64,000 bases of DNA, from the IMG/VR virus record IMGVR_UViG_3300034073_003340, positions 310,001 through 374,000 of that record; one strand, written 5' to 3'. Each line of letters opens with the position of its first letter. Within the stretch, counting starts at the first letter, position 1. The position numbers and the translations under genes were made by a program. Below the pieces are notes generated by a model that searched no databases, was not told the DNA's origin, and saw only the letters and a program-made list of their open reading frames with translations. Below are positions 22,035-32,529 of the stretch, in pieces.

Positions 22035-23378
22035 ATGACTGACGCAAATAACATGCGCCGCTACCTCAAACTTTTTGAAGCTGCCGCGCCGGACTACGTA
22101 GGCCCCAAAGCCTCCGATACCGTTACCTATGCCGCTGAGCAGACCAAGGGACAGGTTACCAAGATTACCGCTACTCTGAAATCCTATAATTCAGCTCGCT
22201 ATACCAAGCTAGGTCGTAACCTACTTCGCATTGAAGCTCTCACGGAAGAGATCAAGACCCTACAAACCGAAACCAAGGCAGAAGCCCGTGAATTGGTTGC
22301 TGACTTATTCAATGCTGAAGATGCTGCCTGCACCCGTGTTGTAGATACAGTTGGATTCATGTTCCACATGAGCAAAGATCCAGTAGCTTCTGGATCGGTT
22401 AGCTACAGCAAGGTTCTAGACGAGCTCCAGGCTCACTTGACTCCTGAACTAATCAGCATTCTTGAAACCCTGAAGGCGAAGCATACTAGCGCCCCAGTTC
22501 AGAGAGCTGCTAGTCTCAAGGCAACTGACAAGGCGGCTCAGACGGAAGAATCCATTGTTGAAGGCATTGGCGACAAGCTTGTTGGATTTTTCAAGAAGCT
22601 TTATCAGAGCATTAAGGCATGGGGTGTTAGCTACGATAGCAAACTAGATGCCCTCAAGGCTGAAGTTGGTATCATGGAAGAGTTAGAAGAGGGATGGGCA
22701 GAAGAACGCCAGAAATTCTTTAATCAAATTGCCAATAGAATGAATCAGAAATTGGATAGTTCTCTTATCAGAGCCATTGAAGCTACCGATATTACCCCAG
22801 ACGAATGGCAGATGAATCCTATCAACTGTATAATGAGAATTCGAGGGGCTCAAGAGGAACTCAATAGTTTTGAGTCCATTCAAGAAGACCAGGACGATGG
22901 CTGGTATACTCATCATGAAATGTATGGTAAGATTTCCAAGGAAGATTGGAAAAAGGGCTGGAGATATAATCATCTAAAGAAGCAGCCATTTTTCAATTCA
23001 AACACCAAGACCTGGCACGATAATATTTCCGAAGAGACAACTGAGTTCAATGTTGGCGACGTCGTCCGTATTAACGCTGGGCGCTCACAAGCTCATGGTG
23101 AATACGGTATGATTGATGCGATAGATGAGGCCCCTGAAGATCAGGGTGGCAACATCTATAAAGTGGTCTTGATCGGCACTGGATATTGGGCCGAATACGA
23201 GGAACATGAGCTTGAAATGAGCTCAGAAGCAGAGGCCAGAGCAGCCTCTCGTTTGTATACTCCGGTAAAAGAAAGCGACGATTGTGATCACGAGTGGGTC
23301 GAGGGCGTGGATGACGATGGTAATCTAGAAGAGCCGGCTTACGACGTCTGTGTCAATTGCGGAGAAATCCGAGATTAA
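22035..23378 (+). CDS. late protein, probably virion-internal
   Basis: TAAATA and GGAGG upstream; MRRYLKLFE motif; E-rich linkers between short domains. Confidence 0.75.
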   Translation: MTDANNMRRYLKLFEAAAPDYVGPKASDTVTYAAEQTKGQVTKITATLKSYNSARYTKLGRNLLRIEALTEEIKTLQTETKAEARELVADLFNAEDAACTRVVDTVGFMFHMSKDPVASGSVSYSKVLDELQAHLTPELISILETLKAKHTSAPVQRAASLKATDKAAQTEESIVEGIGDKLVGFFKKLYQSIKAWGVSYDSKLDALKAEVGIMEELEEGWAEERQKFFNQIANRMNQKLDSSLIRAIEATDITPDEWQMNPINCIMRIRGAQEELNSFESIQEDQDDGWYTHHEMYGKISKEDWKKGWRYNHLKKQPFFNSNTKTWHDNISEETTEFNVGDVVRINAGRSQAHGEYGMIDAIDEAPEDQGGNIYKVVLIGTGYWAEYEEHELEMSSEAEARAASRLYTPVKESDDCDHEWVEGVDDDGNLEEPAYDVCVNCGEIRD

Positions 23379-23848
23379 CAAGGAATCCTTCGCAAGAGGG
23401 GATTAGATAAATCGGACAACTTACGAAGCATTTCATATTTCTTGAAAGCTTCGTCTCTAGAGACCTTGAGGTGCTTTAAATCATCCTCAAGGTCTCTTAT
23501 CACGTTCTTGAAAATCCAACGGGTCAAAAAGAACTTTTCGCGCTCACTCGAGAGCTTTTGCTGCTGTATAGCAACCTGTATATTTGCCTCAAGAAAGGCC
23601 CGTAGCAGGGATCTCAGATGATCATTGGTCTTGATAATGTCAAACGATGGCTTGTTGATAACATGATCGTATATGGTGCTGGAACTGTAGGTGTTGGCTC
23701 CTCTTGGAGGGCTGTTATGAAACCAGCCCTCCGTTTCACCTTCAACTAACCGTATTGCCCTGAGCAACGTATAGTCGTCAACAACAATCATATCATGTTT
23801 GTGTAAAATCATATCGTCACTTGAGCCGCCGATGATTTCCTTGACCAT
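23375..23848 (-). CDS. hypothetical protein
   Basis: ORF coupled to the upstream gene. Confidence 0.65.
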   Translation of the reverse strand: MVKEIIGGSSDDMILHKHDMIVVDDYTLLRAIRLVEGETEGWFHNSPPRGANTYSSSTIYDHVINKPSFDIIKTNDHLRSLLRAFLEANIQVAIQQQKLSSEREKFFLTRWIFKNVIRDLEDDLKHLKVSRDEAFKKYEMLRKLSDLSNPLLRRIPC

Positions 23849-25383
23849 TATGAGGCTCGGAGACGCACCAGCCACACATCAATAGATGGCCCAGCCTCCT
23901 CTGACTTGGAAGCTTTGCGCTGAACGTAGATGCCGTATCCATCATCCGATGGATTCTCACGACTTACCACCATGGCTCCGGGGCCGCTCATCGTCATAGT
24001 GCCTTCAATAGTCAGATTATGACCGCCGACCATTCGCATACCATTTGGATTCAGGCTATCGAATGGGAGAATTGCTCGTCCGGCCAGTTCACTGTTGAAG
24101 GGATAGTTTTTGACCAGGATCTCATCCTTTTCTAGACCATTTTCCTCGAGCAGTTTCTGCAGATCCTCGGGCAGTTCTGAGAACGGAGTGGGGTCATCGT
24201 CGTGAACGAGGTCGGCACCCTTGAAGATACCGCGATCGCGCTCGCCGCGCGCCTTAACGTCGGCTTCCTTCTCGGCCTGCTGACGACGACGCTTCATTTC
24301 CTTGCGCTCATTTTCCTGATGCTCAGCCCTGGCCGCTTCTGCTTCATCGCTCAACTTGGGGCGGGCCATACCTTCACCGCGCCGAATACGATCATCGCCC
24401 TTGACATTGACCACACTGTCAGCCGAACCATCGCCGCGCAATACCGCAGCGAAATCCTCAGGACTAAAGGAACGACGTCCCTGCTTCTTAGCCGTGACAT
24501 TTTCCTCATGGGCAGCGAGACGAGCCGCACGGGTAACCTCGTCGATTTCCCCTCCGACCTTGTGAGCGTGGACGCTGGAAATACTATCGAGGTCGATGCT
24601 ACCGTCTGCGTTGGTATCGGCCTGGATATCATTGATGAAAATCTCGCCAGGATCGGCCTTGGCCTTTTGAGGAACCGAATCGTCGTCATAAACGCCCTGA
24701 ATATCCGGGACGCCCATGTCCTTGAGAGCCTGCGCCAATTCTTCGTTGGTCTTGGACTCATAATCCGTATTGGGATCAAACTCCTTGAGTGCTTCCTGGG
24801 CCTGAGTTCGACCATACGCGCCAGGAACATTGTTGGCACCCGGTCGTTCGCGAGACTTACGCTGATCATCAGCGCCGCCGAAGGAATCACCGGACATTTC
24901 GCCCGACTTGGCCATTTCCTTCATTTTCTTTTTCATTTCGTTATCGGCCGCAACTTCCTCTTCCGTGCGGCGATCCCAAGGGTCATGTTTGTCCAGACCA
25001 AAACGTTCTTCAATCGTCTTGTTTCGGTCTTCCTCGGTTTCAGTTTCCTGACGAATCTTTTCCTTGGCGTCATGTAGCATATCGGCCTGACGATCTCGGC
25101 CAACCATGCTCTGAACCTCTGTGAGCATAGGCCATTCAGTCCAGAACGCATCTCGCTGGGCTTCGTCATCATGATAAATGGCAAGAACGCTATGCTTATA
25201 GCCCTTGAAGGCATCAGATCGCATAGCATCCAGGAAAGTGGAGGCGTATGTTTCGTTCCAGTTACGATTCTCTTCCTGGCCTGGGATAGCTTCGATAAAA
25301 GCAACGAACTCTTCAACGGTGTCGCCAGCTACCGCAAGGGTAGCTACTCGCCCGTCAATCATTTCCTTATAGCCGTAAATCAT
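23848..25383 (-). CDS. acidic low-complexity hypothetical protein
   Basis: CAGGAG SD, D/E-rich ORF of about 511 aa. Confidence 0.75.
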   Translation of the reverse strand: MIYGYKEMIDGRVATLAVAGDTVEEFVAFIEAIPGQEENRNWNETYASTFLDAMRSDAFKGYKHSVLAIYHDDEAQRDAFWTEWPMLTEVQSMVGRDRQADMLHDAKEKIRQETETEEDRNKTIEERFGLDKHDPWDRRTEEEVAADNEMKKKMKEMAKSGEMSGDSFGGADDQRKSRERPGANNVPGAYGRTQAQEALKEFDPNTDYESKTNEELAQALKDMGVPDIQGVYDDDSVPQKAKADPGEIFINDIQADTNADGSIDLDSISSVHAHKVGGEIDEVTRAARLAAHEENVTAKKQGRRSFSPEDFAAVLRGDGSADSVVNVKGDDRIRRGEGMARPKLSDEAEAARAEHQENERKEMKRRRQQAEKEADVKARGERDRGIFKGADLVHDDDPTPFSELPEDLQKLLEENGLEKDEILVKNYPFNSELAGRAILPFDSLNPNGMRMVGGHNLTIEGTMTMSGPGAMVVSRENPSDDGYGIYVQRKASKSEEAGPSIDVWLVRLRAS

Positions 25384-25444
25384 ATTCGCTCCTGGAGAAA
25401 TTGTTCTTGCTGTTGTAGCAGGAAACACCAGGGCGTCAATACTA

Positions 25445-25855
25445 TTATGGTGTGATCGGATTGGCTGTTATAGAAAAATCTAACTCAAAGGCGTTGTATT
25501 TGTTTTGTAGATTCTTTGCGTTCAGATAATAAGTTCGCATAGAATCAAGGAACAGGCGATCATCTTCCTCATTCGCCTTCAAGTAAGAGTCGTATATTAC
25601 AAACTTATCAGCGCGCCTATGCGCTTTATGATGACCAAAGCCTCTATTCAACAACAGACCATCTAGCGGCTTCTCTGATATCCAAAAGTCAATGGAGAAA
25701 TCCTGACTGTTTGGAAGAATATGGGCTATTTTGATTTCCAGTGATCCAAACATCGGAATACTGAATTCAAAGACCTGAATGTGGCCCGGAAGGATTCGAT
25801 ATTGACCATATGTGTCACGCTGGTCGGGTTTTAAAATCGTGACAACAGAGCTCAT
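25445..25855 (-). CDS. hypothetical protein
   Basis: Probable start MSSVVTILKP downstream of the tRNA-like gene. Confidence 0.65.
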   Translation of the reverse strand: MSSVVTILKPDQRDTYGQYRILPGHIQVFEFSIPMFGSLEIKIAHILPNSQDFSIDFWISEKPLDGLLLNRGFGHHKAHRRADKFVIYDSYLKANEEDDRLFLDSMRTYYLNAKNLQNKYNAFELDFSITANPITP

Positions 25856-25869
25856 ACAACACCTAGAAA

Positions 25870-25955
25870 TGGAGACCCCTGGAGGAATCGAACCTCGCAC
25901 CGTCCTTCCTACGTTTAACGGACCGGCTTAGAAGACCAGGGTAGGGACAGGGGCC
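25870..25955 (-). tRNA. D-armless tRNA-Arg(TCT)-like RNA
   Basis: GGCCCCT/AGGGGTC acceptor, CT-TCT-AA, long variable region, T-loop, CCA. Confidence 0.6.
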
Positions 25956-26072
25956 AATTGCCAGACTTGCTGGCTAGAATGCAGACAGTCTATTTACCGT
26001 CTAAAATGAGGTCTACTCGTTGTCATAAGGCAACCATAAGACAAAATTGAGTGTTTGTCAATAAATATAGAT

Positions 26073-26777
26073 ATGAGACTTTGGGAACTAAATTCGAGCA
26101 CTAGATCTTGGCCACTTGAGGATCGTCGTGATCCCGAGGACAAGCCATGTCAGATAAATGAACTGTTTGATCAACCGTATGAATGGGAATGGATAAAGAC
26201 CCCCATGGGCCAGCCTGCTGCTGAATTTCAGACAGACTCAGAAACCTATTTTGTTGAGTTTACTACTTTTCAAAATGGACAGACCATGTTCTATTTTGAA
26301 AGCGATGAATACGGTGATGATATTTCAGGGGTAGGAGATCAGTTTAGGGTATTCGCTACCGTATACCAAATTCTAGATGAATATCTTAGAAAGAATAATG
26401 TGAAATGGCTACATTTCACAGGGGATGAACCAAGTCGTGTAAAGCTTTATAAGCGTTTTGCTGAGAAAATATCAAAAAAATATGACATGAAGCTTGAGAT
26501 TGGAACTCATTCTGGTCAAACAACTTTTGATTTATTTTCCGAGTCGATCAACGAAGAAGGTAAAATCGTCCCTAACGTCAACACAACTATTGACGTTCAG
26601 CCTGGCGAGACCCAAAGACTGGCCGCCAAGTTTGGAAATAAACTGGATGATAAAAGCCGTCCACCGCTGCTACGTGGTAGCTACGGGGACGACTCGGCGC
26701 GCTTTTCAGCTAATCAGGGCGATCCATTCTACGGCCCAGATGGAACTCGCTTGCCCAAAAACAAAAAGTGGTCTTAA
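26073..26777 (+). CDS. late protein, probably virion-internal
   Basis: TAAATA-N5-ATG; MRLWELN start. Confidence 0.7.
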   Translation: MRLWELNSSTRSWPLEDRRDPEDKPCQINELFDQPYEWEWIKTPMGQPAAEFQTDSETYFVEFTTFQNGQTMFYFESDEYGDDISGVGDQFRVFATVYQILDEYLRKNNVKWLHFTGDEPSRVKLYKRFAEKISKKYDMKLEIGTHSGQTTFDLFSESINEEGKIVPNVNTTIDVQPGETQRLAAKFGNKLDDKSRPPLLRGSYGDDSARFSANQGDPFYGPDGTRLPKNKKWS

Positions 26778-27259
26778 GGGCGAACGTAGGTAATCTTCGT
26801 GAATCCCTCTTCCACCGTGGGTGCCTGATATCGCGCGTTCATAGCCAGTAGAGCGACGTGCGGAACACTCTTTCCAGTTGCTTCAAAACGCGCCTTCATA
26901 CGACGCTCAAGCTCAGGCTGCGGAACTACGAATACCACTGCTTCAACTTCATAACCCTCAGGGAGATTCTTAAAATACTCCTTGCGATTCTTGGCGCTCA
27001 TCGACGTGCGATCAATGATGATATTCTTGCCCGCATTCAAAGCATTGCGAATAGCATACTTGAACGTCTTATTGAATTGACCCCAAGGAGCCAGTCCATG
27101 AGCTTCATTGTAGGTTAGACCGCGCTCAGCGGCCCACTCCTCAACGAGGTCATCAGTGGAACAAACAACCCATTCGTCAGTCTGTGATGAGAGAAACTTT
27201 TCTCTCCAAGTTGACTTGCCACTAGCGGGCGGTCCGATAAGAATGATTAGCTTTGACAT
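26774..27259 (-). CDS. P-loop kinase, polynucleotide-kinase-like (AAA_33 type)
   Basis: LIGPPASGKSTW...STDD...IIIDRT...R. Confidence 0.8.
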   Translation of the reverse strand: MSKLIILIGPPASGKSTWREKFLSSQTDEWVVCSTDDLVEEWAAERGLTYNEAHGLAPWGQFNKTFKYAIRNALNAGKNIIIDRTSMSAKNRKEYFKNLPEGYEVEAVVFVVPQPELERRMKARFEATGKSVPHVALLAMNARYQAPTVEEGFTKITYVRP

Positions 27260-27265
27260 ATGCTG

Positions 27266-27294
27266 TCTATAGACTAGATTACACCAAGTGTCAA
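27266..27294 (-). promoter_or_regulatory. sigma70-like promoter
   Basis: TTGACA-N17-TATAGA upstream of the kinase. Confidence 0.55.
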
Positions 27295-27295
27295 C

Positions 27296-28201
27296 CTATT
27301 GATGAATGCGACGAACTTCAGCTTCCAGAGAGTTCAGAAATCCTACCCCAAACCCTACATTGGCAGCGTCCATGCCATCAATCAGATGTTGCGGAAGATC
27401 ATTAGTGATTTCGTCGGTACATGACGCAACCGCGATGGCCACTGCGGCAGCACTATCAGTATCTCCGCCCCGATCAATAGCATCGTGGATGATCTGGGTC
27501 ATACTATCAAAGGCCGTGAGCGCATAAACCATATAACTGGAAATACTGCTAGCTTTGATGCTGGTTCCAAGACCTCTGTCATGTGAATCAACGAGATAAG
27601 ACCAACGGTAGGACTCATCGGTTCCATCAACCCAGTCAACGTGATTCATTAGCCAACCTTGTAGACTGTCTTTGGATCCTTGCTCGTGAGTAAAGTAATG
27701 AACTGCGAGAGCAACAATTTGAGCGTGAACTGCGGTAGACGGATGATGGGTGGAAATAGCCTGGATGGTAGAAGCAAGCTTTACCATAGAGATATCAGGC
27801 AATAGACCTAGCGGAGCGACACCCATGACACTACCGTTGCTTTGCTTGGTGCGACTGATATTCATAAGAAAATCGTCGGCATCACCAACACTCTTGAGAA
27901 ACGCCTGATAACCGCGACTATACCCTTCACGAGGATCTTGACGGTAGGCCGTTAGGTAGGCTTCCACATATGCCCAGGGATTGAATAGATCAGATGGTAG
28001 ATCACCGATCATGACCATACAGTTAGCAATGGCCCGCTGGGTATCATCGGTATACTGACCAGGTGATAGCTCTAAGTAGGTTGGATGTTGGACAAACGTC
28101 GAGAAGTCAATTGGCGCCTTCTGTTGCTTGCGCGCAAACTCCCATGCGATAGCATAGGCATCAGCTACAGCCATTTCAACTAGCATGGGAGATTTCCTCA
28201 A
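27296..28201 (-). CDS. ADP-ribosylglycohydrolase (DraG/ARH family)
   Basis: GQYTDDTQ, SNGSVM...P, TH and GGDTDS motifs. Confidence 0.85.
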   Translation of the reverse strand: MRKSPMLVEMAVADAYAIAWEFARKQQKAPIDFSTFVQHPTYLELSPGQYTDDTQRAIANCMVMIGDLPSDLFNPWAYVEAYLTAYRQDPREGYSRGYQAFLKSVGDADDFLMNISRTKQSNGSVMGVAPLGLLPDISMVKLASTIQAISTHHPSTAVHAQIVALAVHYFTHEQGSKDSLQGWLMNHVDWVDGTDESYRWSYLVDSHDRGLGTSIKASSISSYMVYALTAFDSMTQIIHDAIDRGGDTDSAAAVAIAVASCTDEITNDLPQHLIDGMDAANVGFGVGFLNSLEAEVRRIHQ

Positions 28202-28464
28202 TTATGAAAGGGAAAGTGACCAAAAGAATTTCCTATGACCTTGCGAATAGTCATCGCCTCTTCTTTGGAAATCTCTTCGACAGTGAAGTCATCTTCATCA
28301 AACTCACCTTCGTCCCAACCTTCGTTGGTTCCAAACATATATGAATGTTCGGAAAGATCACCTTTGGTTCTAAGCCAGTCAGCCTCACTATTGAAGATTT
28401 TGAATCCGTCAACATCGAACTCGTCACCCCAATCCTTGCTGAACTTTACTAGAACCGGCATCAA
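28198..28464 (-). CDS. hypothetical protein
   Basis: Translationally coupled ORF. Confidence 0.65.
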   Translation of the reverse strand: MMPVLVKFSKDWGDEFDVDGFKIFNSEADWLRTKGDLSEHSYMFGTNEGWDEGEFDEDDFTVEEISKEEAMTIRKVIGNSFGHFPFHN

Positions 28465-29219
28465 AGTTCTCCCTTAAATTTTACAAGGTTGGAGGGTCCA
28501 GGATCGAATCCTCTGGCTTCCTGAAAAAGTTGACGAGTAGACGTTTCGATATCGTTTTCCAAGCGAGCCATGAACTCCTCCTTATTAAGGCCAGGCTCTA
28601 TAGGAGGTAGATATTCCACTACCGCATTACCAGGAGTCTTGCGAAAATTGGCCTGCTCCCAGAAACAGCCCAGATTTGTTCCTGCTGGGACCACTGGGAC
28701 ATTGTGAGTGTTATACATGGACCAAATGCCCAGTCGATAGCGATGATGCTCACCGGGCTTGGACAGGTGTCCCTCGGGATAGATGAGGATTCGCTTACCT
28801 GCCCGAAACGCTCGGTCCGCGCCCTTCATCAAGTCTTCTTTGGATTGGCCTCCGCCACAAGAATCAACCACAATGGCGCCGATTTTACGCAAGAGTCCCT
28901 TGAGCAGAGGGATCTTTTCAAGATGGTTACCAGTGACAAAAACAAGGTCCTTGACCACACTAAAGCTGGCGAAGCCGTCACCCCACGACTGGTGCTTGGG
29001 AGCAAGAATGAATGGACCGCTAGGTAGATTTTCCAGTCCTCGATGCTCGACCCGGATACCAGCAAACCAACGCATAGCAGTCAACATCCGCTGAGCATAG
29101 CGTCGCACGATCCAACGGGTAATGAATTTGCCTGGGAAGATGACACTCAGTGTCGCCATAAACACATACGCTATGCTGATGACGTAATAGGCCAGCGTGA
29201 AGATGGTGCTGCGGATCAT
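28461..29219 (-). CDS. plsC: 1-acyl-sn-glycerol-3-phosphate acyltransferase
   Basis: KHQSWGD (HxxxxD), IYPEG and VPVVP motifs, N-terminal TM segment. Confidence 0.85.
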   Translation of the reverse strand: MIRSTIFTLAYYVISIAYVFMATLSVIFPGKFITRWIVRRYAQRMLTAMRWFAGIRVEHRGLENLPSGPFILAPKHQSWGDGFASFSVVKDLVFVTGNHLEKIPLLKGLLRKIGAIVVDSCGGGQSKEDLMKGADRAFRAGKRILIYPEGHLSKPGEHHRYRLGIWSMYNTHNVPVVPAGTNLGCFWEQANFRKTPGNAVVEYLPPIEPGLNKEEFMARLENDIETSTRQLFQEARGFDPGPSNLVKFKGEL

Positions 29220-29716
29220 GCTTCTGGTTCACCTAGATTGGCGCGGCGATAAGCTTCCCCGCGAGCAGCTTTAGCCAGTTTGGCTCGCTTTTGCTCCTCG
29301 ACCTTTTCTGCGACTTTTTTGTCAATCAGTCGCTTGCCCTGATCTGACATGAGGAACTCTTCGACCGCCTCTGCCTTTTCCGCCGGTGAAAGTACTGATA
29401 CGGGAGCAGGAGTATAGGAGTGCTTGAAGTAAGCCTCATCATATACCTTGTAGTCGTTGGTATCCTCGTCCCAGTGTCGGGAATCGTAGAATCGCCCCTC
29501 TACCTGGTATCCGAAAAGACCCAGCTTGAGTGACACGCCAGCGTGGTCACACTTTCGAGTCCATGTGAATTCAAAGGTGAATAAGTCACCCCAACCGAAG
29601 TTTTGTCCTTCGATTTCCCAGGCCTTGTTAGGCCAACGGGTCTTACCGTGCTTCGAGAAGAGATGCTCCCACTTATTGTGGTCCTCGAAGATTGCGAGAT
29701 TGAGTCCTATACGCAT
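29216..29716 (-). CDS. hypothetical protein
   Basis: Coupled ORF. Confidence 0.7.
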   Translation of the reverse strand: MRIGLNLAIFEDHNKWEHLFSKHGKTRWPNKAWEIEGQNFGWGDLFTFEFTWTRKCDHAGVSLKLGLFGYQVEGRFYDSRHWDEDTNDYKVYDEAYFKHSYTPAPVSVLSPAEKAEAVEEFLMSDQGKRLIDKKVAEKVEEQKRAKLAKAARGEAYRRANLGEPEA

Positions 29717-29797
29717 CCAGCTTGCCTATAGGCAATTGGATCATATGTCAAGCAAATGGTGCCGAAAATCAGCACCATTTGCCCTTGAATATCAGAT

Positions 29798-30208
29798 TCA
29801 GATAGAGGCTGAAGCCATTGGGCTCCCAACGGGAACCGGCAGATCTTTGCCTACACCGGTGGCAGCAAAGATATTATCCCATTTTGAGATATCACCGGCA
29901 CGGTCAGGATGATTTTCCATATGCTCCCCGTTGAGTTCTACCTTCTTGACTCGTCGCATGTCGTATCGTCGGATACCTGGGTCGCCTCCGCTGACTTGAT
30001 ATCCGTAGAGACTTTCCTTGCCATTTTTGGAACCATAAATCCAAGGCTCGACCACACGATCAGTCGGTTCTTCCACGGAAGAGTTCTCGCTATGATAACG
30101 AAAACATACCTGTAGACGATTTTGAATCGCGTCCACGAGGGTAGGATGATTTGGTTCCATCATTTCAGGGTCTCCACTAAAGGTTGCGTGGTAACATAAG
30201 GCTAGCAT
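29798..30208 (-). CDS. WYL-domain protein
   Basis: FRY...RVVEPWIYG...LYGYQ...RRYDMRRV. Confidence 0.7.
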   Translation of the reverse strand: MLALCYHATFSGDPEMMEPNHPTLVDAIQNRLQVCFRYHSENSSVEEPTDRVVEPWIYGSKNGKESLYGYQVSGGDPGIRRYDMRRVKKVELNGEHMENHPDRAGDISKWDNIFAATGVGKDLPVPVGSPMASASI

Positions 30209-30245
30209 TGATCTTTAGTGCTAGCAAGCGTGATCAACGTATGAT

Positions 30246-30665
30246 TCAAACAATGCGCAGCGGTTTTTGTTTGAAGCCAGGTTTGCTAAAACGCTCTTCA
30301 CACTTTGTTGTTGGGTTTCCAAACATTGTTATATCAAAGTAATCTCTTGGTATTATTTCGCTTCGCTTGTCAGAGACCTTGATTTCGACGAAGGTCCATG
30401 ACAGTTTGAGCAAGGCATACTGAGCCTTGGTGAGACCATAGGCACAGAAATGTCTATCGGTCCATCCATAAGTCCCATCGGTATACCACTGAACGGGAAC
30501 TTCTCTGAATTCATTTCTGACTTCTGGAAATACCTTACGGATATGATTGATGATAGTTTTGTTAGAGTCTCGTTGTTTCTTATATGCTGGAGAATATATA
30601 TAACTGGGATGACGAATATAGAGGTTTATTAATCCATCTGTGCGGGTGAAAATTCGAACTCTCAT
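30246..30665 (-). CDS. divergent DAxLFKLxW family protein
   Basis: YGLTKAQYALLKLSW; paralogous to the neighbouring ORF. Confidence 0.65.
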   Translation of the reverse strand: MRVRIFTRTDGLINLYIRHPSYIYSPAYKKQRDSNKTIINHIRKVFPEVRNEFREVPVQWYTDGTYGWTDRHFCAYGLTKAQYALLKLSWTFVEIKVSDKRSEIIPRDYFDITMFGNPTTKCEERFSKPGFKQKPLRIV

Positions 30666-31129
30666 TACACCCTCACTGGCTTGGCTTTGGTATTTTTCTC
30701 AAGACGTGCCAAGAGGGCATTGCTTGGTCCGAAGATACCAGGTGAGTCAATTGTGAAGGCAAGAGGATCCGCCGGATCATTTTGTAAACGAACCGGTTGA
30801 GTAGAGAATTGCCAGGAAAGCTTGATCAGCATCAATTCTGTTTTAGACAGATTGTATGCTATAAAATGTTTGTCACATTTGACTGTTTTGAAACGGCGTA
30901 TAGACCAAGACTTTGATCCTGGTATGCGAACCTGTTTGGTGTTCACATATCTGAATTCCGTAGGAATATGACTAAATTGGCGACGGATCCAATTACAAAA
31001 TTCTCTGGTTTTGTTTCTATTGGTTTTGCCTTCAGTGTCCCTCCACTGGGAAAGACTGTCATGTGGCACCAGTATAGAGAATTTGGAATCCTGTTCCAAA
31101 ATACGGATGGGATAGGCGAGTGTCTGCAT
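30665..31129 (-). CDS. divergent DAxLFKLxW family protein
   Basis: YNLSKTELMLIKLSW. Confidence 0.65.
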   Translation of the reverse strand: MQTLAYPIRILEQDSKFSILVPHDSLSQWRDTEGKTNRNKTREFCNWIRRQFSHIPTEFRYVNTKQVRIPGSKSWSIRRFKTVKCDKHFIAYNLSKTELMLIKLSWQFSTQPVRLQNDPADPLAFTIDSPGIFGPSNALLARLEKNTKAKPVRV

Positions 31130-31182
31130 AACCTACACTGTAGATAGGTGTAGGTCTGGTTGTCATTATTTAGATGAGAGTT

Positions 31183-31488
31183 TTAGAGCCTGCTCAGCTT
31201 ATCCATCATAAAGCTGCTCACTGTGGCATTACTTAAACGATAGGAAGTGTTGGCACTTTTGATTTCGATCTCACGAACCTCATCTCTGGGGTGGAGTTTC
31301 ACAGCCTCAACATGGACCTTGCCAGTCTTACCTATACGAATCACTTTACCCAAAGCAGCCATTGGATAGGTAGACCAGTTGACAAACATTAGGTAATCAC
31401 CGACGTCAATTTCGTCACCATGGCGATCTTTGGGCCAGCGAGAGCCCCTCATGAGCTTGATGCGCTCAACTGAACTCTCGCTGGTCAT
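31183..31488 (-). CDS. SH3/KOW-like small protein
   Basis: DRHGDEIDVGDYL...GKVIRI..TG.V; paralogous to the C-termini of 31825 and 32529. Confidence 0.6.
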   Translation of the reverse strand: MTSESSVERIKLMRGSRWPKDRHGDEIDVGDYLMFVNWSTYPMAALGKVIRIGKTGKVHVEAVKLHPRDEVREIEIKSANTSYRLSNATVSSFMMDKLSRL

Positions 31489-31489
31489 A

Positions 31490-31771
31490 TTAATTGGTCA
31501 CCTTGCGTTCATCTACCTTATAGGTCACGGAGTCATTACCCTTGAGGTAGCAAATCTGTCCAGTGACCGGCTTGTTGGCCTTGGTAGCAATGAAAATTCG
31601 TCCCTTGCCGGCGCGACCACAATCCAAGGGCTGGCATATGATGATCTTGCTATAGCCTTGACTCTCCAGATGATCGATTAGATCACCGGTCTTCATGACC
31701 GGCTGGGTCATCGACCCACAAGCGGAAAGCATGAGCGAGGTCAGGGCTATCAGCCCAGGGGTATTCATCAT
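31490..31771 (-). CDS. putative lipoprotein
   Basis: Lipobox LSAC. Confidence 0.65.
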   Translation of the reverse strand: MMNTPGLIALTSLMLSACGSMTQPVMKTGDLIDHLESQGYSKIIICQPLDCGRAGKGRIFIATKANKPVTGQICYLKGNDSVTYKVDERKVTN

Positions 31772-31824
31772 GTCAATCTCCTTTGATTTAAGACTCTAGC
31801 ATAAGACTGGAGGTAGTCAACTAC

Positions 31825-32529
31825 TCAAAGGATAGAGAGCCTAGCCATCATAAGTTTATCCATGAGATCCTTTGTCATGATTACGATGAGACTGTTGTCT
31901 TTGATTCGCTTTTCTGCCACAATATCATCCTCTTTGAGCTTGATGTTCTTGGCATAAACCGTTCCATCCTTGTCAATCTTAGTGACCTTACCGTAGTAGA
32001 TTCCCGCGGCATTGCGATCATTGTTGAAGTGATAGAGAATATAGGAAATAAAATCACCAACCTTGATCTCACGATCCAGCTTGTCATAAGCCAAAGCCTG
32101 TGGCTTATCTTCAGGCTTTTCATAAGCCCAAACCGTTCCTATCTCAGGCTTATGATCTTTTTCCCAAAACGCAATATAGGGATGAAACTGAATTCGGTTT
32201 TTACGGCCTTCCCACACCACGTGACCAGTAATTTGGACTTTGGTAAAATGGTCCTCTTTGACATTTTCAGGAAGTTCCGGTATAGGTTTTCTTGGGTTGA
32301 AAATCCCTCTATAATTGAATTCATAACTGCCATGTAGGAGATCCTGGACATTATTGATTACAAGTCGCCCAATAGATCCCTTCCTTTTTGGCTCATATCC
32401 TTCGTCAAAGGAAACATAGATAGGTTCATCCTGTAGATATTTGCGCAGTAGTTCTGCCATCAAAGATGGCCACGGACCAGGGCCGGGCGATGATTTATTA
32501 TAGAAGGAAGAAAATGAAATTCTTGTCAT
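31825..32529 (-). CDS. two-domain SH3-like protein
   Basis: RKGSIGRL N-domain; DKLDREIKVGD...KLMMARL C-domain. Confidence 0.7.
   Translation of the reverse strand: MTRISFSSFYNKSSPGPGPWPSLMAELLRKYLQDEPIYVSFDEGYEPKRKGSIGRLVINNVQDLLHGSYEFNYRGIFNPRKPIPELPENVKEDHFTKVQITGHVVWEGRKNRIQFHPYIAFWEKDHKPEIGTVWAYEKPEDKPQALAYDKLDREIKVGDFISYILYHFNNDRNAAGIYYGKVTKIDKDGTVYAKNIKLKEDDIVAEKRIKDNSLIVIMTKDLMDKLMMARLSIL

Noticed and set aside
23848-25428. Long antisense ORFs (e.g. 24202-25077, 36948-37658, 20261-20941)
   Set aside because: They are shadow frames of longer SD-preceded genes on the opposite strand.
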